A stretch of DNA of 63,802 bases, counting the filler, from Perkinsus chesapeaki ATCC PRA-425 (lineage: Eukaryota > Protista > Perkinsozoa), in the NCBI GenBank assembly GCA_013115145.1. It is 7 parts of 7 records of this genome, joined end to end, with 100 filler letters (N's around TTAATTAATTAA, not from the genome) between each part and the next. Parts side by side here need not be neighbours in the genome. Positions count along the whole stretch, not along the records: positions 32,980 to 49,020 come from JAAPAO010000712.1; positions 49,121 to 54,847 come from JAAPAO010001131.1; positions 54,948 to 60,451 come from JAAPAO010001155.1; 4 more parts are not named here. One strand, given 5' to 3'. Positions 47,888-60,415 of the stretch are shown one piece after another (the stretch's first letter is position 1; the number at the start of each line of letters is the position of its first letter). The position numbers and the translations under genes were made by a program. A model generated the notes under the pieces. The model had not been told where the DNA came from. It made no database searches and saw only the letters and a list, made by a program, of their open reading frames with translations.

Positions 47888-49020
47888 ATGCTACCGGCCT
47901 TACAGGTCGCCCTACTGTGTACGCTCGTCGCATCTGATTTCAAGCTGGGCAATGTTCGTATGCGGACTACTTCGACCCGCTTCTGCAACCCTGATTTACT
48001 TGGTCCAGACGGCAAGCCGGTGAAGTGCTATATATCCGACTCTATGGAGACTATGGGGTTGGTTCTCCCCGGTATGGACGATAACAGGTCTCTGACTATC
48101 CGCCAGGACATCTTCGTCACAAAGGACGGCCAGCTGACTGTTGGGGCGTCACCAGATCGCCCATATGAGTATTTCGTGATACATGATACAATCAAGCATA
48201 CTCATATGATGGAGCTCTTCAACAAGACATCTTTTCTTGTCTATAATGGTGAACCTCGCAAGGCTCAGAAATTCTTGAACGCCAATAACTTCCTATCTCT
48301 GGAGGAGAGTGGTTGGATCCATCATGGGCTTGTAGAAGTCGGTGGCAGGAACTTGACTAAGAGAGTCATCAACGGCATCCACGGTGTTGACCCGAAGACC
48401 GGAATGAACTATACTGCTCTCGCTATGACCGGACTCGTGCCGAATTCGTGGACTCTTTACACGGATGAGACCGACAAGCAGATGGTTCAACTGCTGGCAA
48501 CAAACACTTTCCAAAATAACACGGTCTACCAAGAGACTAATTTCACCCACTGGAAGGAGTTGCATGAAAACATTACTGCAAAGGATACCCTACAAATGGT
48601 GTTTGACGACTATGGGATTGAAAAGCACATGTCAAGAAGTCCCCGTGGAACAGAAGCCCCTATAGCCGAGGGTATCTTTGTTGGCTCTGAGATTACTGGC
48701 GAAAAATGCCGGGAGTATTTCGAGGATGGTAAGAAGCCTGACTGGATGCCACATGGTAAATTCCGCGGATCAAACGCGGTTGATGGGCCCATCGAGTACT
48801 TCAAGATTCCCGTAGGAACCGCCAGTCATAAGTTTTTCCTGGCCAAGTATCAGTATTATATTCCACAAAATGATGAGCACAAGTTTGAACTGCCAGAAGG
48901 CTGCGTGGCTGATACTATAGCGAAGCATTCCCCATATTGCCTATACGTTAAATCCTTCCGCTGCGGCGCGTGGGTCCGAGTGTGGGAAAGTGAGTTTCCT
49001 ACACTACAAAGGGCCGAAAC
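47888..49020 (+). CDS. Secreted glycoprotein of unknown family, intronless over the visible part, runs into a gap
   Basis: Signal MLPALQVALLCTLVA; ~377 open codons; 7 NxS/T sequons (NRS, NKT, NLT, NYT, NNT, NFT, NIT). Confidence 0.8.
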
Positions 49021-49130
49021 NNNNNNNNNNNNNNNNNNNNNNNNNNNNNNNNNNNNNNNNNNNNTTAATTAATTAANNNNNNNNNNNNNNNNNNNNNNNN
49101 NNNNNNNNNNNNNNNNNNNNCTGGACGTCT

Positions 49131-49175
49131 CATATACATGGGCATACTGGACGGTCCAGTATGCCCATGTATATG
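49131..49175. repeat. Perfect palindrome, 22-bp arms, 1-nt centre
   Basis: catatacatgggcatactggac-g-gtccagtatgcccatgtatatg. Confidence 0.95.
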
Positions 49176-50199
49176 TATGTTTATACTGTAGTCAGGACTA
49201 CTACTAGTACTGTACTAATACCCAGAGACAGTGCTGAACTTGTCACAGAATTTTCACCAGTAATGATGACCGAGAGGGCAGCGTTCATATCCACCGCGAA
49301 GGTATTACCAAGTGGTTTCTTGTAAGGGTCACTGTAATCGTCTGTGTGACATTTCGTTGAAGGTGCTGGGTTGAGTGTGAGACGACAGTGTCGTCACGAC
49401 AACCGATGATGCTATATGCGGCAGCTTAGATTGCTTTGCATGGATTTGAACATTCTGAATAGTGTAAATTAGTAATGTGACGCTCGAGAAAGCTTCTCGG
49501 TAAAATCCCCCCAGACGCTCAATCCACGAAGAAGAACAAGCTAGTAGCTTGAAGCTACTATAGCAACGGATGCCACGAGGAGGAGCGGGGATTGCTGAAG
49601 GCTTGTATTTGCGAAGTGTGCGAAGGTTACCCGTGTTGTTGCATTCCCGCCCTGGACTGAACTCATTAAGGTCTCAAAAGGGAAAAGGACTTATCAATAG
49701 GTTATGGAATCCAACAAACCAAAGCACCTTAACCTATCTACGAGGGCCTGCCTACAGCCCTAACACTTATGCTGATTAACGACGGCCATAGCTCGGCCCG
49801 AGCGAAGCACGCGTGCGCTTGAGCACGCAGACACATAAAGAGACAAAGACTGATGATTATTGATGGACGAGCCCACTGCTGATCATCCAAAGAAGCTCCT
49901 TACTGAGGGGCGTTGACAACCCGAAAGCGTCGAATCTGCGAATGGTACATGAGCTCGCCTTGGAATGAACGCATTGCTGTTAAAGCCTCAGGGAAAAATT
50001 TAACCGAATAGGGATGGGATTGTAAACACGGTGAGCAACTGAGTGTGCACAAGGACACACGTTCTCCAACAAAGGGTACGAGTGCTACGAGACATAGGAC
50101 CTATAAAGGCCTGTGCCTAATAAGATATGCTTCACCAATATCGAGACACGCGTACCGTACGCGGCGTACGTCTCTGAGTCCTATGTAGTTGAGAAGAGA

Positions 50200-51932
50200 T
50201 CATCTTTTGCGGCATGCGCCCGGTGACATAGCGCCTGCAAATCGTACTCGAAAGGCCCGTAAATACATCATGTTGCAGAACCCTGAGATTCGCCAAGGTG
50301 CATTATTTTGAGTCTCATCAGTTTCAGTCATGACGTAATCCTACCAGGTCCTTTTTTGGCTTTAGGATCTCTAATAATTCTAGCATACCCACCTTCCCCC
50401 CAACCAGTCCCATAGGTATTTCTTATAGTCCAGTAACTGTCGGATAGTTCACGGGCTTGAGGATGCACGTTAGATTTACCTTTTTCCATTCTCTACCCCG
50501 TAACCGACAAGAAGAACCATATGAGAAATGATCTTATTGCAAGGGGAGACTGAGATGAACAATTCGAGTTCTCAAAGTCTGGCGCTCACAATCAAGAATC
50601 CCGCCTTTATATAATTGCCACTCTCTGTGCTTATCGTCAATAGCAATAACTATTGGACCTTCCTGTAATTGAGCGAAAAGGCCGTCGAGATCAAAACGCT
50701 CGATCTCAATGACGTCATTTATGGTTATATCTCCACGCTACAAAAACACATTGCACAGGCGTTGTGTTTTGTTATTTGAGCGTCGAGCTCACCTTTAAGC
50801 ATAACTTGGTATTGTTCAGTATTTTCTTGCACATTTGCTCTTTAGCTTCGTACGGATAGTAGTCACTGTACGCTATGCCATAGTCTTCTATATATGCGAG
50901 AGTATTCGACCGTTGCCCTCCCTTACATCCCCTAATAATAATCCTCAGTGTCTATTCTTCAGTACAAAAGCTCACTCGTTGCCTTGCTCCCATGAACAGT
51001 CAACGATTCCCTGTACCGATAGTTTAGGGAGGACACCAGTTTTCTGCCAGCAGGCTGCTTCAATTGTGCCTTTAAGAGAACATATGTTACAGTATTTAAT
51101 GTATGCTGCCTGTAATTCGCAGGCGCAGAAGCTTATCATAAGCTGCTTATGGCGGAGAATGTAAGTATCGGATAGTAGTAAGACGACAGGATAGTATAAC
51201 CAGACTGGGCAGCCTAACTTTCCAATGCGATTATCCCTACCTAGCGTCTCACTTGCGTAGCAGCTACCACAAGAACCCTGATTGATTGGACTGTTAACTG
51301 CGCCCCTCTTAACCCAATTGAGATCTGACGGAAAGCCACCTAGAGAGTTGTTTCGCATGTTTTGTTTGTCGTCTTCCAGAGTATTGACTGAAGCAGAGAT
51401 TTTATACATCTTAAATCTCAAAGCAACACCATGCATACCTTCACTTGCAAAAGCAGAACTTGTCGAACTTGCCGACCACGTCTGTCTCGTGAACTCTTCT
51501 TGGGTCATGGCGGTAAATCGGTTAACCTCCAACGTATATGATAAATCTGAGGAATGTCTGAGCTTAGCCGATGTAAGTTACAATTTGTAACACGCACATG
51601 AGTCATCAGCACAACGGAAGCAAAGTCGCCCAAAAGACCCGAAATATACCACCCACTCATTCTATTAGTTTCCTCTATAAACATCACATTTTCCCTGAAT
51701 ACTTCTAGGCGATAAGCATCCTCAGCCATACTGTTGAAGCTTATGGCGTACCTGAGTGGTCGAAACTGAGAGAGCTGCCGGGTTAACGGAGGTGACCTAA
51801 TACTTACTTATTTTTGAAAGCATTATATTTCTCGATAATACTGTAGTCATATGTCCTTTCTTCTACGTGAGTAGAAAGTACTTTGGCTACGAGTAGGATC
51901 AAGTGACAAGCCGGAAGTCGCTGAGCCTTCAT
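50200..51932 (-). CDS. Cathepsin L-like cysteine protease with I29 prodomain, multi-exon
   Basis: MKAQRLPACHLILLVA; ERFNIN (EDAYRLEVFRENVMFIEETN); NRFTAMTQEEF; NQGSCGSCYA; LSVQGIVDCS; GCKGG; ISHMVLLVGYG; YWTIRNTYGTGWGEGGY; TGA 50200-50202. Catalytic C, H and N are all present. Confidence 0.93.
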
Positions 51933-53109
51933 TGACGATATTCCGCAAGGAGGTAGCGTGTGCACAGGATACGATGGTAGGGGCGCAACTGTGGCGCCAT
52001 GCACATTTTTCACTGAAAGTTTCACGTGCTCACGATGAGGCTCTAAAATTCATGATCGAATCGTCATTTCACCTCTCCCTAGACCGCGGGGTCACCCCGC
52101 GAATATGTGGATATATACCGTCCCATTATCCGTCTCGTTCTGGGATATAGGACGTAAGCTTCACAACCCTTTTTGGCGAGCACGTAAACGGCCCGATGTG
52201 GTGACGCGAGGTAGTTCCGGCGGAGCTGCTCCATGCTCTTTCTTTGTCCGAGCCGCAGTATTCCGGTTTGAGAATTCATGTGGGCCTGGGTTACAACAAC
52301 ACATGGCTTATCGGGCTTCTCACTCGCTACCTCCGCATCTTTGCATCAATGGCATTGACATCCTCACTGACAGCTTCTGGATCTAACTCTTGAGGTACTC
52401 ATCAACTTATGACAGGGGTGGCACTGCCACGACTTCTGCCTCCCTCCGTAGTATGGACTCCATACTGTTCAGTATGTTTTCTCTAGCTCTCTTCAGCAAT
52501 TTTGTTTAATTGTGTGAGCTACATGCGTCAAGTATGCCTATGTAAACGAGGGGAAGTTACGACAGAGGTGTACTAAGGGTGGTGTGACGCTGGTCCACTC
52601 TACTCGGTAATTTAATAAGCGGAGACGATGCCAGACTGATCACATAATGGAAGTGCATTGCGCCACCGGGCTATAACATGGGATAGTTACTCGTCTGCGC
52701 AAATGGATCAAGTACGGACCCCACAGTGTTGACAAGGATACGGGAGCAAACTATACTACTAACTAGTAACTACTTTCTNNNNNNNNNNNNNNNNNNNNNN
52801 NNNNNNNNNNNNNNNNNNNNNNNNNNNNNNNNNNNNNNNNNNNNNNNNNNNNNNNNNNNNNNNNNNNNNNNNNTTCTACAAGAGTGGATTCTATCCGAAT
52901 GTTTGGATACTCTCCACGGATGACTCGAAATTTGTCATGGAGAAATCGACCCAAAGTGAATATTTAGTCAAACTGCTCCATTCGATGTCTCACATGCTTC
53001 AGCTCCATTATGTTCTGACAATTTACGAGTCAGGACCAGTGTGCCGCTTTTCAAAGCCACACACTTTCGTTTAATAACCACGAAAAACCCGCCCTCAACC
53101 TTCCCATGA

Positions 53110-53730
53110 GGAGGTTAAGCTTCTTAGACTTTGAGTTTCAAGAAGGATGAACTTGTCAAACCGGCTAAGGGCTTCTTGAAGGCTCTTGAAAGATTTAACG
53201 TGTGAATCGTGCCTCTTTTTAAAAGAGTCTTTCAAGAAGCCCTCTTAAGAGGGGGGCCTTCTTCAACCAAAGAAGCTGCCGGTTTAAAGAAGCCTTCTTG
53301 AGGTTGGTGAGTGGGACTTTTGAAAGCAGTTAAAGCAAAATCTGGCCGTTTCACCATTAAGCAGCCAACGAAGGCTTCTTTAAAGAAACTTTTGAAATAG
53401 ATCCCTAGGCTAGGTCGAGTTGGGTAGATCTCGCTCGAGATATCCACCCGTTGTTCACGAATTGGGTGTTGCAAAGCTGAGTTGCAATGTCGTTGGCTTC
53501 CACTCCTGCGGCTGGCTCGGGAAGTGGCACAGATTTTAAGCCATCATTAGGCGCCATCCGCTTGATTTTTTCTGCTTCGGTTTCGAGGATGTGTCAGTGT
53601 CGCCTGCCAATGGCAGGCTGCCATGCCAAATTCACACAATCTGTCACACTGTGTGAATTTGGCATGGCACATTGAATGTGAATCACACCCGTATAGTCCT
53701 GTGACTTAGTCACAATAGTCTATTGTGATA
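53110..53730. repeat. Non-coding cluster of short direct/inverted repeats and hairpins
   Basis: Many AAGAAG/CTTCTT and (T)TCAAG units in both orientations at 53110-53400; a 20-bp-arm hairpin at 53619-53669; overlapping palindromes at 53700-53728. Confidence 0.7.
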
Positions 53731-54947
53731 TACAATGGCAGCACACTGCCACACGATGAGTAAGCGGAGCGTCACCCGGTGACTTACACCGCTTGTCTTC
53801 ATCTTCTTCCACACTCCTCCCACACAAAAGAAGCCGTTTTAGGTTCAGCTTAGTTATCAAGGTGTATGCGACCATGCCGGCTATCACTTCAAGTGCTGGA
53901 TTGAAGTTCTATCATGTGAACGACCAAAAACAAGGCTGCCTCGGTACAATGTGCTTCCCGTTGGCGGCACCAACTTGGTCCCTGCTCTGGAGGGTGTGGG
54001 GTAGAGCCGCAGGCCAGGCACTGATAGTGCGCAAGTGTACTACACTTAGTGTAGTAGCCTGGCACGGACACGCCCCAGTAGTGCAATACTAGACCGAACA
54101 TGTCATTCGCGCCCCCAGTACTTTCCCCAGTACTTGACGAACTTGATCCAGACATGATAAATCGTAAAAAAGAGACTAGAACCGCCCCGCGGCTACAGGA
54201 GACGCCCCCCCCCCCCAGGAGACGCTCCCCCTGCGCCCTCCTGTCACGTCTCGCCAGGGTGACTGGCGCCGGCTATCGTCTGCGCACGCCCCATAGCGCC
54301 AGCTACGGAACACATCAGCGACCGTGGCAGCCTGAAGCATATCAAGGCGTTCAACTGTACAAAACTGGCAGGCTTAGCCTGCGACGGGGTCCGGTAGCAC
54401 AGCTGCACTTGCATCAGGCGGCCTGATTCAGGCCTCTCCCAGGGCGGAACGGTACGGGATTGAAAATTGGGTCAAATTGACATCGAGCGAACAGCATCAA
54501 ATCTCTGTGGAAGTTATCATAAGCGTCCACTGGCCTAGCTGTTTCCCACTCGTGCGCTAGGAGCGCGCACGCCACACACTAAACCGCCTCTCCATGGGCC
54601 GTCTCTCCATGGGCCGCCTCTCAGAAACAACACTAGTGGTCGCGGACCGCTTTTAGTTATCACATCCTATGGTGAATTTTGCGTGAGTGCGTCCATTAGT
54701 ATGGCGCTGGTGTCGGCGTGTTACACCGACATAGTGAAACAATCACGCAGTACCGAGAGTCACATGCCAAGTGCTATTAAAATCATGTAGAGGTAATCGT
54801 ATCTTTGATGATAACAACTCGACACACATTCATCAGACAACGTCCGTNNNNNNNNNNNNNNNNNNNNNNNNNNNNNNNNNNNNNNNNNNNNTTAATTAAT
54901 TAANNNNNNNNNNNNNNNNNNNNNNNNNNNNNNNNNNNNNNNNNNNN

Positions 54948-57462
54948 TCTTCCGTGGGCGAGCGAGATTGCATCTTCACGGACTTGCGGGACGCGTGCAG
55001 CGTCACGGTACGTGACACAGTAATGTTAATTGCCTTGCTGCAATTCGAATGGCTTCGGCCACTAGTGGTACCTTTACACTACCGTCCGTCGATTCTATAT
55101 TATCCACGCGTAGAGAAGGATTGGTATTAACCTCGAGCAGCCAGAGCTCACGGTCCTCATCTACAGCCAACCGTGCAGAGTGTTCAGGTAACGGTGAGGC
55201 TCACCAAGCATGAGGTCAAATCCCAAAATGTGGAATGCTCCTGGACCATCTTGAACGGTTACGCATTCCTCTGCTTCCGTCAGGAAAGGTTCCATCTAGC
55301 CCAGAGATGCGTAGGAACAAGAATGACTCCCGATTAAAGTGATCCTCCGAATCTGAGCTCGTCGTCAAATTACTGCATCAATAGTGAGAGAGCATATCCT
55401 TCTGGTATCATCCCAGAATCTGTCCGGGTTCACGTCTAGCGTTGCCAAAAGTTCGAGACCTCGTGGAATGAGTTGTATTTTATCATCGTTATCATTATAA
55501 TGCTCCGACGACCGATTGACAGTCACCTGCTTTGGATTGTATCGGGTGCTCTTTCGTACTGCACTTCTACTCACATTTGTCAGGTGCATGTGGCGTATCT
55601 CCATATTGTCGCGATTAGGTCTCTCGTATGGATGAGACGCCCTTCTAATGAGACCATCTTGGGCTGACTGATAGATATCTCCCCACCGCCCGACAGTGAT
55701 GAACGTTTTAATCTTCCAGCGGGTTTGAGTATCAAAGGTTATCCTTGTGTGATACCACCGTATGTAGATATGTTGATAATTGGTGTGTTTGACTCAACCG
55801 GTTCGAATGGGCGAACTCTTCATCCTATCTCCACTGGGAGCAGTTAAACTCCTTCCGGAAGCCGAAAATCCGGAAGGACGTTTCGCGACATTCCCAAATT
55901 TTCGGGGGGGGGCACGTGAGACAAACGTGTGGCAAGTGAGTCAGTTGAAGTGACCTCCCCGACATTGCCCTCAAATTGGTGGTTGTTGCGCTTGGGATGG
56001 CTGTGAGCATAGAGCTCACAGAAGGCGACACCGCGTCCCAACTCCCACCACTGTTGGGGAACGGAGCACAGATGTTTTTTGATTGCAATTCAATTCGTTG
56101 GATGAATTCAAAGACCAACTGCGCGCACGTGACCGAGTTGAGGGCGCGCCTCTTGCGCAATGCGCAATGTGCATGCGTTCGCATCCGTTAGCTGAGGCTG
56201 AGACGATTGCCCGCGCACAGCAACCCCACTAGTATTGACTATTGTAAACCGTGAACCCTAAAGGTTGCTAAGACCCTCGTCAATGGACGGACCCTCTGGT
56301 ACCAGTCAGATGAGTAGGTTGACAACTGCACCGGTACGATCGTATTGTACAGCATATCCCTTCTGCTGCCCCACGCTGCCGCTCACCTATGAACGTGTGG
56401 TGTACACCGCGATCAGAGAGGATCATAACATAGATCCTGATGTCGAATTTTCGTCCGTCCAAAAGAAGCGGTTTCGCAATGTAAGTCTGTAAAATATGTC
56501 CACCTTGGCAGTATCTATCTTGACGATGCAATCGTTAGAGATCCAGTTCTACTCTTGAGAGGAAACGTCGTGCGGTCGATTGACTAATTTGATTCCTGTA
56601 CCTTGCCAGCCGTTGGCCGGTTTAAGTATAAACCTGTACTATTCTATAAGCAGGTTCTCTACGAATTAACAACCATTTGTCTTTCGTGTTTCTTTGTAGC
56701 ATTTTTGTTATACTAATTGCATCTCCAGGAAGTTGCCAGGTGCAGGGGTAGAACCTGGGTCGTCTGCATGCCAAACGCGTTACATACAAGCACCCCACCC
56801 GTAGCGCTCGTCACTGACTTTGTCTCGATGAAACTGAAGCACTCTCGAGAGCCATCGCTTTCGCATGAGCTCCTCGGCGTTCGGCAGCCGATTTACAAGC
56901 TGATTTTGCTTAGCATAGAATCTTGTAAGAAGTAAGACTCTCGACGAGTCACTCTTCCACCGTCACGCGCCGTTAAATTACTGGACCCACTGCAGCTCTT
57001 CGTCGCTCGCTTGCATGCCGAGCCACACTACTTCGCCTTCACACCGCAAATTTCCAACGCCGAGATCTTACTTTTTGAATTAATGGTTAAGAAGAGTTGT
57101 CGCGGTTTACCTGATTTGCTCGACGGTTGTGATATCTCTTCCCATCTCAAAAGTTCTATTGCAGCCTGCAAGCACACACGCTCTGATCGGGCACGAAACT
57201 AAATTTGAGGAAAATACGGTATGAAATGAAGCGCCTTAATCCTTACTGTATTGATTTTAATGATGCGATCGAACTGCTTAGTTCTCCATCGCTTGTCATC
57301 GGCCAATTTCGTCTTAAGCACACCTTCACAATCTCCCCCATCGAAATGGTTAACCTTCTCCACCGTGACGCTTAACTCGACAGATCTATCCTGTCCGAGT
57401 CGTTCAGCTGACATAGTCAAAAGTAGCACTATTGTGGATGATGTAAGGTCGCCCGACTGCAC
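54948..57462 (-). CDS. Tubulin-tyrosine ligase-like (TTL/TTLL) ATP-grasp protein, multi-exon, partial
   Basis: KVNHF..., QGTGIKL, QTYIAKPLLLDGRKFDIRIYV, DGLIRRAS.PY...HMHLTN, FHILGFDLML/DEDRELWLLEVNTNPSL. Ends are uncertain. Confidence 0.9.
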
Positions 57463-58774
57463 GCATGCGCAAAGATACCCATTCCAAAAATTGACAGCAC
57501 AACACGAGATAATTGTGTAAATGCCAGGGTTGCTATAACAACTAAGAGATATTCTAACTACTCATCAAAATGCCAATAAATAAATCGCTTCGCTCCGCCC
57601 TCTAGACAGTGATGGTGATAGAGATAAGCAAAATGAAAGAATCTTCGTCTTCTTTTTAACATCGTATCCTGCGCACTATAAAGAATTGAAGCATCTTTCC
57701 AAGCAACGTGGCAGTGAGATTGGTTTCAATAGCCTTCAGCTTCTCTTACTCTTCTGTTCGTCTTCTGTTCGCCGATCTCGAGGATAAAAGGGAGATAAAT
57801 AAAAGGGAAGCGATGTGGCGGCAATGGCGTTCAAACACCACAGCCAACTTCGCTCTTGGTTTTCTACTTTTCTAGATTCTATTATAACTATTAACTTCAT
57901 ACGACAACGATACATCATTATGATGGTAAAGCATATTCAGCATAATAGCCAGTCAACATCGGGTGACTGCTGATGCTGCTGATGTCGTTTACTGCTGATA
58001 GTAGGATGGTCTCTGATGGAGCATTCTAGTAGCAGCAATATACTGTTGGATGAGGAAGAAGGCATGAGTGTTCTGAAGTGGTGTACCGGTCAACCAAGCC
58101 AAGACTCCACCGCGGGTGGGAGAGGACGAAGAAGTTGAACCGGGAAGATCGAAGGCACTTCTTCCATCATCATTAGGGTGAAGAGAGATACTACAAGGGA
58201 GATTGATAGCGACCGCGCGCCACGAAATATCTTACTCAGGGACGAAGCCGCCCACGGTGATTCTGCATCCGGTCTGCTGTAAGATACCACCGGCTTCCGC
58301 GAGGAGGAGCTGAGCTTGAGCGAGGGAGGGAAGGACGATCTGAGAGATTATTCAATATTGATCTTGGGGAGCATTAACTAAACCGCAGCATATCGAGGTT
58401 ATAGAGGATATATTCAAGGGATAAAAGTAGGAGTGCTTGAATGACTCCATAGTACTATTCTATAGGCAGGAGCATTTAGATTTAAAATGATAATTATAAT
58501 TGCTGCATAATAGTTAGCACTCCTTCGAGTGGCTACAATTTGATGAAAATTAAAAATAATCACAAGGATTTGAACCTGGGTGTTTACTATAGAAGTGTGA
58601 CATACTCACCGTCATAGTAATATAATTGTTAATGAGCTGCGGCATCGACTGAGCTTCTCTCACGCTTCTCTCAAAAGCACCTAACAATCAATTCTTCCAA
58701 TGCACCTCCTACACTTGAGGTAATCAGTACTTAATCTTTCAGTAACAGCCGTTGGGTTGCCGCCGCGGCGACGG

Positions 58775-60415
58775 TTACTTGCCGCCGAGGAGGCTGTCGG
58801 GCTTCCCAGGGATGAATCGCCTGAGGCACAGTATCTTAGCGTTGGTTTGATGGAGTACGATAATCTTACGGTCATCATCGGGGATGCCAGCGATGTCGAG
58901 TGCCTTACGGTCCATTATCTCAACAACTCTTAACGCGGCATCTGACGCAGGTTCCATTCCCAGTAGAGGCATTTTGAAAGTATTTAAGTAAACTCACCAG
59001 TTCTTTGCTTAGTCGTGCCTGATATCTCAATGAGACGATGGGAGCTCAGAGTCCTTCTGATGACCGATTCTGTGAGAGCGTCTCCAACGGAAAGGGGAGA
59101 GTCGGCCGGCCTAACCCTGGCAAAGGAACCGCAGTCAAAAAGGCGCGGGTTCGATTCCCAGCCGCGGTACTTCTGTATGATAGCTCCTGTTGCTCTGGTG
59201 AGCCTACGCATCCTCTCTCCACCGCGGCCCATTACCGCGCCGAATAACTCAGGCGGGATTAGAAGTTTGATTTTTGGGCCAGTGTGACGAATAAAGAAAT
59301 TCTGGGATTGACCGGTCGATCTTGAAGTGGTGGGAACTTGCTGTTGTTGCACGGCTGATGGATACCTAAAGCGATGAAATAGATGCCTGCATTAGAGTCA
59401 CAATTATATTACAGGAACCGACAAAGTAAAGGGTTATGTACTCACTTCTTACTAAAAACAGCATTAATTTTTATAGTAGTAGAGGACGAAGAAATACCAC
59501 TATGAAGAAAATGGTATTTGAGGACCATCACGGATGATTGATACATGCGAGGTTATCTAGCCCATACATTGTAAATTCCAGAATTATCATTATGTATCAT
59601 CAACAGTATCAACGAGGTGGAAAGAAATCCAGAAGAGATATAATATTAATGGAGTATACACTTACGATCATGTAAAAATCATCAACACAAATAGTGGGGA
59701 AGTATCACTGGAAGGCCTTAAGATAATCCAGCCGATGAGTTTTCCATAAACCATTATACTCCTCGATCATTATCAATCCCCTCACCTATCAAGATCCGCC
59801 AACAAGTCCAACACGGCGTGAGCTTTCCTTAATGAAGCCGATGCGGTATAGGGTGCCGACATGCCGACCGACAAAACCTACCACGGTGATATTAGTCCTC
59901 GGCTAGATGGTAACCTACCCTCCATTCTGGCGTAACAGTATCAACGTTGATAGAGATAGATGGGCCATACTTGTCACGAAGACGGTTGATTTTACGACCT
60001 ACAAATTTGAGAATTTGGGAGATACTTTCGACTAGAGATTCCCACCTGACTTGCCGAGCAGCCAGGCGGCCTCTTGTGGAGTTACGAGGAGTCTACTTGG
60101 CTCGAAAGCTGTCGTAGATGGCAAACGCATGCCATTGCTTGACGTCGGGGCTGATAGACGAACAGGATAAGATTGCTATTCACTTCACGAGAGACCGAGG
60201 TTCGATTCCTTCTTACAGTCAGTTGCATTTTCGATGTCTTCGACTCTTCCTGGAGTGATCAGTGGGTCCCATCCGCCTGGATAAGTCACACCAGCCCTTC
60301 CACGATCTTGTAAATCTTGCAATTTCTCAACGACAGCGATTACGGCTCGGGCAAGATTCGGCCAAGTCCCGGTAATACTGTTATAGAGTAAGGGCTGGAC
60401 CAACTGCCAACACAA
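58775..60415 (-). CDS. Multi-KH-domain RNA-binding protein, multi-exon, 5' end in or before the gap
   Basis: KIKLLIPPELFGAVMGRGGERMRRLTRATGAII (type I KH with GxxG), RLIEISGT, and ITGTWPNLARAVIAVVEKLQD (end of an earlier KH). Confidence 0.8.

Noticed and set aside
59141-59160. B-box-like GGTTCGATTCC sharing 14 nt with the 37851 fragment
   Set aside because: No cloverleaf can be formed and it lies antisense within the KH gene; treated as coincidence.
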